64,000 bases of DNA from Eledone cirrhosa (lineage: Eukaryota). Where the stretch lies: contig OZ024744.1 of assembly GCA_964016885.1 (NCBI GenBank), positions 118,234,001-118,298,000 of the forward strand, read 5' to 3'. A program made the position numbers and the translations under genes. Each line of letters starts with the position of its first letter. The first letter of the stretch is position 1. Below, in pieces: positions 47,801-60,800 of this stretch. The notes below the pieces were generated by a model. That model worked only from the letters and a program-made list of their open reading frames with translations. It had not been told where the DNA came from and searched no databases.

Positions 47801-50800
47801 ATGAGATGATGTCAAGGAAGGTAGATGTCATATGTGACAGGTACACAGGAGATATGATATCATGTCAGGGTAGGTAGATGTCATATGTGACAGGTACACA
47901 GGAGATATATCATGTCAGGGTAGGTAGATGTCATATGTGATAGGTACACAGGAGATATATCATGTCAGCGTAGGTAGATGTCATATGTGACAGGTACACA
48001 GGAGATATGATATGTCAGGGTAAGTAGATGTCATATGAGACAGGTACACAGGAGATATGAGATGTCAGGGAAAGTAGATGTTATATGTGACAGCTATACA
48101 GGAGATACGATATCATGACAGGGAAGGTAAATGTCATATGTGACAGGTACACAGGAGATATGAGATGATGTCAGGGAATGTAGATGTCATATATGACAGG
48201 TACACGGGAGATATGATATCATGTCAGGGTAGGTAGATGTCATATGTGACAGGTACACAGGAGATATGATATGATGTCAGGGAAGGTAGATGTCATATGT
48301 GACAGTTACACAGGAGATAAGAGATCATGTCAGGGAAGGTAGATGTCATATGTGACAGGTACACAGGAGATATGATATCATGTCAGAGTAGGTAGATGTC
48401 ATATCTGATAGGTACACAGGAGATATAATATCATGTCAGGGAAGGTAGATGTCATATGTGACAGGTACACAGGAGATATAATATCATGTCAGGGAAGGTA
48501 GATGTCATATGTGACAGGTACACAGCAGATACGATATCATGTCAGAGTAGGTAGATGTCATATGTGACAGGTACACAGGAGATATGAGATCATGTCAGGG
48601 TAGGTAGATTTCATATGTGACAGGTACACAGAAGATATATGTCAGGGAATGTAGATGTCATATGTGACAGGTACACAGGAGATATGATATGTCAGGGTAG
48701 GTAGATGTCATATGTGACAGGTACACGGGAGATATGAGATGATGTAAGGGAAAGTAGATGTCATATGTGACAGCTACACAGGAGATATGATATCATGACA
48801 GGGAAGGTAGATGTCATATGTGACAGGTACAGAGAAGAAATGAGATGATGTCAGGGAAGGTAGATGTCATATATGACAGGTACACAGGAGATATATCATG
48901 TCAGGAAAGGTAGATGTCATATGTGACAGGTACACAGGAGATATTTGATGTCAGGGAAGGTAGACGTCATATGTGACAGGTACACAGGAGATATATCATG
49001 TCAGGGTAGGTAGATGTCATATGTGACAGGTACACGGGAGATATATCATGCCAGGGAAGGTAGATGTCATGTGACAGGTACACAGGAGATATATCATGTC
49101 AGGGAAGGTAGATGTCATATGTGACAGGTACAGAGGAGATATGATATCATGTCAAGGAAGGGAGATGTCATATGTGACAGGTACACAGGAGACATGATAT
49201 CGTGTCAGGGAAGGTAGATGTCACATGTGACAGGTACACAGGAGATATATCATGTCAGGGAAGGTAGATGTCATACGTGACAGGTACACAGGAGATATAA
49301 TATCATGTCAGGGAAGGTAGATGTCATATGTGACAGGTACACAGGAGATATGAGATTATGTCAGGGAAGGTAGATGTCATATGTGACAGGTACACAGGAG
49401 ATATGATATCATGTCAGGGTAGGTAGATGTCATATGTGACAGGTACACAGGAGATATGAGATCATGTCAGGGTAGGTAGATGTCATATGTGACAGGTACA
49501 CAGGAGATATGAGATGATGTCAGGGAAGGTAGATGTCATATGTGACAGGTACACAGGAGATATGATATCATGTCAGGGTAGGTAGATGTCATATGTGACA
49601 GGTACACAGGAGATATATCATGTCAGGGTAGGTAGATGTCATATGTGATAGGTACACAGGAGATATATCATGTCAGGGTAGGTAGATGTCATATGTGACA
49701 GGTACACAGGAGATATGATATGTCAGGGTAATTAGATGTCATATGAGACAGGTACACAGGAGATATGAGATGATGTCAGGGAAAGTAGATGTCATATGTG
49801 ACAGCTATACAGGAGATACGATATCATGACAGGGAAGGTAAATGTCATATGTGACAGGTACACAGGAGATATGAGATGATGTCAGGGAAGGTAGATGTCA
49901 TATGTGACAGGTACACAGGAGATATGATATCATGTCAGGGTAGGTAGATATCATATGTGACAGGTACACAGGAGATATGAGATGTCAGGGTGGGTATATG
50001 TCATATGTGACAGGTACACAGGAGATATGAGATGATGTCAGGGAAGGTAGATGTCATATGTGACAGGTACACAGGAGATATGATATCATGTCAGGGTAGG
50101 TAGATGTCATATGTGACAGGTACACAGGAGATATAATATCATGTCAGGGAAGGTAGATGTCATATGTGACAGGTACACAGGAGATGATATCATGTCAGAG
50201 TAGGTAGATGTCATATGTGACAGGTACACAGGAGATATGAGATCATGTCAGGGTAGGTAGATGTCATATGTGACAGGTACACAGAAGATATATTATGTCA
50301 GGGAATGTAGATGTCATATGTGACAGGTACACAGGAGATATGATATGTCAGGGTAGGTAGATGTCATATGTGACAGGTACACGGGAGATATGAGATGATG
50401 TAAGGGAAAGTAGATGTCATATGTGACAGCTACACAGGAGATATGATATCATGACAGGGAAGGTAGATGTCATATGTGACAGGTACAGAGAAGAAATGAG
50501 ATGATGTCAGGGAAGGTAGATGTCATATATGACAGGTACACAGGAGATATATCATGTCAGGAAAGGTAGATGTCATATGTGACAGGTACATAGGAGATAT
50601 GAGATCATGTCAGGGAAGGTAGATGTCATATGTGACAGGTACACAGGAGATATGATATCATGTCAGGGTAGGTAGATGTCATATGTGACAGGTACACAGG
50701 AGATATGATATGATGTCAGGGAAGGTAGATGTCATATGTGACAGGTACACAGGAGATATATCATGTCAGGTTAGGTAGATGTCATATGTGACAGGTACAC

Positions 50801-53800
50801 AGGAGATATGAAATCATGTCAGAGTAGGTAGATGTCATATGTGACAGGTACACAGGAGATATTTGATGTCAGGGAAGGTAGATGCCACATGTGACAGGTA
50901 CACAGGAGATATATCATGTCAGGGAAGGTAGATGTCATATGTGACAGGTACACAGGAGATATGAGATGATGTCAGGGAAGGTAGATGTCATATGTGACAG
51001 GTACACAGGAGATATGAGATTACGTCAGGGAAGGTAGATGTCATATGTGACAGGTACACAGGAGATATGATATCATGTCAGGGTAGGTAGATGTCATATG
51101 TGACAGGTACACAGGAGATATGAGATGATGTCAGGGAAGGTAGATGTCATATGTGACAGGTACACAGGAGATATATGATGTCAGGGAAGGTAGATGTCAT
51201 CTGTGACAGGTACACAGGAGATATATCATGTTAGGGAAGGTAGATGTCATATGTGACAAGTACACAGCAGATATGAGATTGTGTCAGGGAAGGTAGATGT
51301 CATATGTGACAGGTACAGGGGAGATATGATATCATGTCAAGGAAGGGAGATGTTATATGTGACAGGTACACAGGAGACATGATATCGTGTCAGGGAAGGT
51401 AGATGTCACATGTGACAGGTACACAGGAGATATGATATCATGTCAGGGAAGGTAGATGTCATATGTGACAGGTACACAGGAGATATGAGATGATGTCAGG
51501 GAAGGTAGATGTCATATGTGACAGGTACACAGGAGATATGATATCATGTCAGGGTAGGTAGATATCATATGTGACAGGTACACAGGAGATATGAGATGAT
51601 GTCAGGGTGGGTATATGTCATATGTGACAGGTACAGAGAAGAAATGAGATGATGTCAGGGAAGGTAGATGTCATATGTGACAGGTACACAGGAGATATGA
51701 TATCATGTCAGGGTAGGTAGATGTCATATGTGACAGGTACACAGGAGATATAATATCATGTCAGGGAAGGTAGATGTCATATGTGACAGGTACACAGGAG
51801 ATATGATATCATGTCAGAGTAGGTAGATGTCATATGTGACAGGTACACAGGAGATATGAGATCATGTCAGGGTAGGTAGATGTCATATGTGACAGGTACA
51901 CAGAAGATATATTATGTCAGGGAATGTAGATGTCATATGTGACAGGTACACAGGAGATATGATATGTCAGGGTAGGTAGATGTCATATGTGACAGGTACA
52001 CGGGAGATATGAGATGATGTAAGGGAAAGTAGATGTCATATGTGACAGCTACACAGGAGATATGATATCATGACAGGGAAGGTAGATGTCATATGTGACA
52101 GGTACAGAGAAGAAATGAGATGATGTCAGGGAAGGTAGATGTCATATATGACAGTTACACAGGAGATATATCATGTCAGGAAAGGTAGATGTCATATGTG
52201 ACAGGTACATAGGAGATATGAGATCATGTCAGGGAAGGTAGATGTCATATGTGACAGGTACACAGGAGATATGATATCATGTCAGGGTAGGTAGATGTCA
52301 TATGTGACAGGTACACAGGAGATATGATATGATGTCAGGGAAGGTAGATGTCATATGTGACAGGTACACAGGAGATATATCATGTCAGGGTAGGTAGATG
52401 TCATATGTGACAGGTACACAGGAGATATGAAATCATGTCAGAGTAGGTAGATGTCATATGTGACAGGTACACAGGAGATATTTGATGTCAGGGAAGGTAG
52501 ATGTCACATGTGACAGGTACACAGGAGATATATCATGTCAGGGAAGGTAGATGTCATACGTGACAGGTACACAGGAGATATGAGATGATGTCAGGGAAGG
52601 TAGATGTCATATGTGACAGGTACACAGGAGATATGAGATTACGTCAGGGAAGGTAGATGTCATATGTGACAGGTACACAGGAGATATGATATCATGTCAG
52701 GGTAGGTAGATGTCATATGTGACAGGTACACAGGAGATATGAGATGATGTCAGGGAAGGTAGATGTCATATGTGACAGGTACACAGGAGATATGATATCA
52801 TGTCAGGGTAGGTAGATGTCATATGTGACAGGTACACAGGAGATATATCATGTCAGGGTAGGTAGATGTCATATGTGATAGGTACACAGGAGATATATCA
52901 TGTCAGCGTAGGTAGATGTCATATGTGACAGGTACACAGGAGATATGATATGTCAGGGTAAGTAGATGTCATATGAGACAGGTACACAGGAGATATGAGA
53001 TGTCAGAGAAAGTAGATGTCATATGTGACAGCTATACAGGAGATACGATATCATGACAGGGAAGGTAAATGTCATATGTGACAGGTACACAGGAGATATG
53101 AGATGATGTCAGGGAATGTAGATGTCATATATGACAGGTACACGGGAGATATGATATCATGTCAGGGTAGGTAGATGTCATATGTGACAGGTACACAGGA
53201 GATATGATATGATGTCAGGGAAGGTAGATGTCATATGTGACAGTTACACAGGAGATAAGAGATCATGTCAGGGAAGGTAGATGTCATATGTGACAGGTAC
53301 ACAGGAGATATGATATCATGTCAGAGTAGGTAGATGTCATATCTGATAGGTACACAGGAGATATAATATCATGTCAGGGAAGGTAGATGTCATATGTGAC
53401 AGGTACACAGGAGATATAATATCATGTCAGGGAAGGTAGATGTCATATGTGACAGGTACACAGCAGATATGATATCATGTCAGAGTAGGTAGATGTCATA
53501 TGTGACAGGTACACAGGAGATATGAGATCATGTCAGGGTAGGTAGATTTCATATGTGACAGGTACACAGAAGATATATGTCAGGGAATGTAGATGTCATA
53601 TGTGACAGGTACACAGGAGATATGATATGTCAGGGTAGGTAGATGTCATATGTGACAGGTACACGGGAGATATGAGATGATGTAAGGGAAAGTAGATGTC
53701 ATATGTGACAGCTACACAGGAGATATGATATCATGACAGGGAAGGTAGATGTCATATGTGACAGGTACAGAGAAGAAATGAGATGATGTCAGGGAAGGTA

Positions 53801-54826
53801 GATGTCATATATGACAGGTACACAGGAGATATATCATGTCAGGAAAGGTAGATGTCATATGTGACAGGTACACAGGAGATATTTGATGTCAGGGAAGGTA
53901 GACGTCATATGTGACAGGTACACAGGAGATATATCATGTCAGGGTAGGTAGATGTCATATGTGACAGGTACACGGGAGATATATCATGCCAGGGAAGGTA
54001 GATGTCATGTGACAGGTACACAGGAGATATATCATGTCAGGGAAGGTAGATGTCATATGTGACAGGTACAGAGGAGATATGATATCATGTCAAGGAAGGG
54101 AGATGTCATATGTGACAGGTACACAGGAGACATGATATCGTGTCAGGGAAGGTAGATGTCACATGTGACAGGTACACAGGAGATATATCATGTCAGGGAA
54201 GGTAGATGTCATACGTGACAGGTACACAGGAGATATAATATCATGTCAGGGAAGGTAGATGTCATATGTGACAGGTACACAGGAGATATGAGATTATGTC
54301 AGGGAAGGTAGATGTCATATGTGACAGGTACACAGGAGATATGATATCATGTCAGGGTAGGTAGATGTCATATGTGACAGGTACACAGGAGATATGAGAT
54401 CATGTCAGGGTAGGTAGATGTCATATGTGACAGGTACACAGGAGATATGAGATGATGTCAGGGAAGGTAGATGTCATATGTGACAGGTACACAGGAGATA
54501 TGATATCATGTCAGGGTAGGTAGATGTCATATGTGACAGGTACACAGGAGATATATCATGTCAGGGTAGGTAGATGTCATATGTGATAGGTACACAGGAG
54601 ATATATCATGTCAGGGTAGGTAGATGTCATATGTGACAGGTACACAGGAGATATGATATGTCAGGGTAATTAGATGTCATATGAGACAGGTACACAGGAG
54701 ATATGAGATGATGTCAGGGAAAGTAGATGTCATATGTGACAGCTATACAGGAGATACGATATCATGACAGGGAAGGTAAATGTCATATGTGACAGGTACA
54801 CAGGAGATATGAGATGATGTCAGGGA
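44900..54826 (+). repeat. Near-perfect 4938-bp tandem duplication within the satellite
   Basis: Three rare variants share an offset of 4938: GATGCCAC 45943/50881, AGGTACAGGGGAG 46373/51311, GTCAGCGTAGG 47964/52902. Confidence 0.9.
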
Positions 54827-57800
54827 ATGTAGATGTCATATATGACAGGTACACGGGAGATATGATATCATGTCAGGGTAGGTAGATGTCATATGTGACA
54901 GGTACACAGGAGATATGATATGATGTCAGGGAAGGTAGATGTCATATGTGACAGGTACACAGGAGATATGATATGTCAGGGAAGGTAGATGTCATCTGTG
55001 ACAAGTACACAGGAGATATGATATCATGTCAGGGAAGGTAGATGTCATATGTGACAGGTACACAGGAGATATAATATCATGTCAGGGAAGGTAGATGTCA
55101 TATGTGACAGGTACACAGGAGATATATCATGTCAGGGTAGGTAGATGTCACATGTGACAGGTACACAGGAGATATAATTGGGTCATGTCAGGGTAGGTAG
55201 ATGTCATATGTGACAGGTACACAGGAGATATAATGAGATCATGTCAGGGAAGGTAGATGTCATATGTGACAGGTACACACGAGATATATCATGTCAGGGA
55301 AGGTAGAAGTTATACGTGACAGTTACACAGTAGATATGATATTGTGTCAGGGAAGGTAGATGTCACATGCGACAGCTACACAGGAGATATGATATCATGA
55401 CAGGAAAGGTAGATGTCACATGTGACAGGTACATAGGAGATATGAGATCATGTCAGGGAAGGTAGATGTCATATGTGACAGGTACACAGGAGATATGATA
55501 TCATGTCAGGCTAGGTAGATGTCATATGTGACAGGTACACAGGAGATATGATATGATGTCAGGGAAGGTAGATGTCATATGTGACAGGTACACAGGAGAT
55601 ATATGATGTCAGGGAAGGTAGATGTCATCTGTGACAGGTACACAGGAGATATATCATGTCAGGGAAGGTAGATGTCATATGTGACAGGTACACAGGAGAT
55701 ATAATATCATGTCAGGGAAGGTAGATGTCATATGTGACAGGTACACAGGAGATATGAGATCATGTCAGGGTAGTTAGATGTCATATGTGACAGGTACACA
55801 GGAGATATATCATGTCAGGGAAGGTAGATGTTATATGTGACAGGTACACAGGAGATATATCATGTTAGGGAAGGTAGATGTCATATGTGACAAGTACACA
55901 GCAGATATGAGATTGTGTCAGGGAAGGTAGATGTCATATGTGACAGGTACAGAGGAGATATGATATCATGTCAAGGAAGGGAGATGTTATATGTGACAGG
56001 TACACAGGAGACATGATATCGTGTCAGGGAAGGTAGATGTCACATGTGACAGGTACACAGGAGATATGATATCATGTCAGGGAAGGTAGATGTCATATGT
56101 GACAGGTACACAGGAGATATGAGATGATGTCAGGGAAGGTAGATGTCATATGTGACAGGTACACAGGAGATATGATATCATGTCAGGGTAGGTAGATATC
56201 ATATGTGACAGGTACACAGGAGATATGAGATGATGTCAGGGTGGGTATATGTCATATGTGACAGGTACAGAGAAGAAATGAGATGATGTCAGGGAAGGTA
56301 GATGTCATATGTGACAGGTACACAGGAGATATGATATCATGTCAGGGTAGGTAGATGTCATATGTGACAGGTACACAGGAGATATAATATCATGTCAGGG
56401 AAGGTAGATGTCATATGTGACAGGTACACAGGAGATATGATATCATGTCAGAGTAGGTAGATGTCATATGTGACAGGTACACAGGAGATATGAGATCATG
56501 TCAGGGTAGGTAGATGTCATATGTGACAGGTACACAGAAGATATATTATGTCAGGGAATGTAGATGTCATATGTGACAGGTACACAGGAGATATGATATG
56601 TCAGGGTAGGTAGATGTCATATGTGACAGGTACACGGGAGATATGAGATGATGTAAGGGAAAGTAGATGTCATATGTGACAGCTACACAGGAGATATGAT
56701 ATCATGACAGGGAAGGTAGATGTCATATGTGACAGGTACAGAGAAGAAATGAGATGATGTCAGGGAAGGTAGATGTCATATATGACAGGTACACAGGAGA
56801 TATATCATGTCAGGAAAGGTAGATGTCATATGTGACAGGTACATAGGAGATATGAGATCATGTCAGGGAAGGTAGATGTCATATGTGACAGGTACACAGT
56901 AGATATGATATCATGTCAGGGTAGGTAGATGTCATATGTGACAGGTACACAGGAGATATGATATGATGTCAGGGAAGGTAGATGTCATATGTGACAGGTA
57001 CACAGGAGATATATCATGTCAGGGTAGGTAGATGTCATATGTGACAGGTACACAGGAGATATGAAATCATGTCAGAGTAGGTAGATGTCATATGTGACAG
57101 GTACACAGGAGATATTTGATGTCAGGGAAGGTAGATGTCACATGTGACAGGTACACAGGAGATATATCATGTCAGGGAAGGTAGATGTCATACGTGACAG
57201 GTACACAGGAGATATGATATGATGTCAGGGAAGGTAGATGTCATATGTGACAGTTACACAGGAGATAAGAGATCATGTCAGGGAAGGTAGATGTCATATG
57301 TGACAGGTACACAGGAGATATGATATCATGTCAGAGTAGGTAGATGTCATATCTGATAGGTACACAGGAGATATAATATCATGTCAGGGAAGGTAGATGT
57401 CATATGTGACAGGTACACAGGAGATATAATATCATGTCAGGGAAGGTAGATGTCATATGTGACAGGTACACAGGAGATATGATATCATGTCAGAGTAGGT
57501 AGATGTCATATGTGACAGGTACACAGGAGATATGAGATCATGTCAGGGTAGGTAGATTTCATATGTGACAGGTACACAGAAGATATATGTCAGGGAATGT
57601 AGATGTCATATGTGACAGGTACACAGGAGATATGATATGTCAGGGTAGGTAGATGTCATATGTGACAGGTACACGGGAGATATGAGATGATGTAAGGGAA
57701 AGTAGATGTCATATGTGACAGCTACACAGGAGATATGATATCATGACAGGGAAGGTAGATGTCATATGTGACAGGTACAGAGAAGAAATGAGATGATGTC

Positions 57801-60800
57801 AGGGAAGGTAGATGTCATATATGACAGGTACACAGGAGATATATCATGTCAGGAAAGGTAGATGTCATATGTGACAGGTACACAGGAGATATTTGATGTC
57901 AGGGAAGGTAGACGTCATATGTGACAGGTACACAGGAGATATATCATGTCAGGGTAGGTAGATGTCATATGTGACAGGTACACGGGAGATATATCATGCC
58001 AGGGAAGGTAGATGTCATGTGACAGGTACACAGGAGATATATCATGTCAGGGAAGGTAGATGTCATATGTGACAGGTACAGAGGAGATATGATATCATGT
58101 CAAGGAAGGGAGATGTCATATGTGACAGGTACACAGGAGACATGATATCGTGTCAGGGAAGGTAGATGGCACATGTGACAGGTACACAGGAGATATATCA
58201 TGTCAGGGAAGGTAGATGTCATACGTGACAGGTACACAGGAGATATAATATCATGTCAGGGAAGGTAGATGTCATATGTGACAGGTACACGGGAGATATG
58301 AGATTATGTCAGGGAAGGTAGATGTCATATGTGACAGGTACACAGGAGATATGATATCATGTCAGGGTAGGTAGATGTCATATGTGACAGGTACACAGGA
58401 GATATGAGATCATGTCAGGGTAGGTAGATGTCATATGTGACAGGTACACAGGAGATATGAGATCATGTCAGGGTAGGTAGATGTCATATGTGACAGGTAC
58501 ACAGGAGATATGATATCATGTCAGGGTAGGTAGATGTCATATGTGACAGGTACACAGGAGATATATCATGTCAGGGTAGGTAGATGTCATATGTGATAGG
58601 TACACAGGAGATATATCATGTCAGGGTAGGTAGATGTCATATGTGACAGGTACACAGGAGATATGATATGTCAGGGTAATTAGATGTCATATGAGACAGG
58701 TACACAGGAGATATGAGATGATGTCAGGGAAAGTAGATGTCATATGTGACAGCTATACAGGAGATACGATATCATGACAGGGAAGGTAAATGTCATATGT
58801 GACAGGTACACAGGAGATATGAGATGATGTCAGGGAATGTAGATGTCACATATGACAGGTACACGGGAGATATGATATCATGTCAGGGTAGGTAGATGTC
58901 ATATGTGACAGGTACACAGGAGATATGATATGATGTCAGGGAAGGTAGATGTCATATGTGACAGGTACACAGGAGATATGATATCATGTCAGGGAAGGTA
59001 GATGTCATCTGTGACAAGTACACAGGAGATATGATATCATGTCAGGGAAGGTAGATGTCATATGTGACAGGTACACAGGAGATATAATATCATGTCAGGG
59101 AAGGTAGATGTCATATGTGACAGGTACACAGGAGATATGATATCATGTCAGAGTAGGTAGATGTCATATGTGACAGGTACACAGGAGATATGAGATCATG
59201 TCAGGGTAGGTAGATGTCATATGTGACAGGTACACAGAAGATATATTATGTCAGGGAATGTAGATGTCATATGTGACAGGTACACAGGAGATATGATATG
59301 TCAGGGAAGGTAGATGTCATATGTGACAGGTACACAGGAGATATGAGATGATGTCAGGGAAGGTAGATGTCATAAGTGACAGGTACACAGGAGATATGAT
59401 ATCATGTCAGAGTAGGTAGTTGTCATATGTGACAGGTACACAGGAGATATATGATGTCAGGGAAGGTAGATGTCATATGTGACAGGTACACAGGAGATAT
59501 ATCATGTCAGGGAAGGTAGATGTCATATGTGACAGTTACACAGGAGATAAGAGATCATGTCAGGGAAGGTAGATGTCATATGTGACAGGTACACAGGAGA
59601 TATGATATCATGTCAGAGTAGGTAGATGTCATATCTGACAGGTACACAGGAGATATAATATCATGTCAGGGAAGGTAGATGTCATATGTGACAGGTACAC
59701 AGGAGATATAATATCATGCCAGGGAAGGTAGATGTCATATGTGACAGGTGTACAGGATATATAATATCATGTCAGGGAAGGTAGATGTCATATGTGACAG
59801 GTACATAGGAGATATATCATGTCAGGGTAGGTAGATGTCACATGTGACAAGTACACAGGAGATATAATTGGGTCATGTCAGGGTAGGTAGATGTCATATG
59901 TGACAGGTACACACGAGATATATCATGTCAGGGAAGGTAGATGTTATACGTGACAGGTACACAGGAGATATAATTGGGTCATGTCAGGGTAGGTAGATGT
60001 CATATGTGACAGATACACACGAGATATATCATGCCAGGGAAGGTAGATGTCATATGTGACAGATACACAGGAGATATGATATCAAGTCAAGGAAGGGAGA
60101 TGTCATATGTGACAGGTACACAGTAGATATGATATTGTGTCAGGGAAGGTAGATGTCACATGTGACAGGTACACAGGAGATATGATATCATGTCAGGGAA
60201 GGTAGATGTCATATGTGACAGGTACACAGGAGATATGATATGTCAGGGTAGGTAGATGTCATATGTGACAGGTACACAGGAGATATGATATGATGTCAGG
60301 GAAGGTAGATGTCATATGTGACAGGTACACAGGAGATATGATATGATGTCAGGGAAGGTAGATGTCATCTGTGACAGGTACACAGGAGATATATCATGTC
60401 AGGGAAGGTAGATGTCATATGTGACAGGTACACAGGAGATATAATATCATGTCAGGGAAGGTAGATGTCATATGTGAGAGGTACACAGGAGATATAATAT
60501 CATGTCAGGGAAGGTAGATGTCATATGTGACAGGTACACAGGAGATATGAGATCATGTCAGGGTAGGTAGATGTCATATGTGACAGGTACACAGGAGATA
60601 TATCATGTCAGGGAAGGTAGATGTTATGTGTGACAGGTACACAGGAGATATGAGATCATGTCAGGGAAGGTAGATGTCATATGTGAGAGGTACACAGGAG
60701 ATATGATATCATGACAGGGTAGGTAGATGTCATATGTGACAACTACACAGGAGATATGATATCATGTCAGGGAGGGTAGATGTCATATGTGACAGGTACA

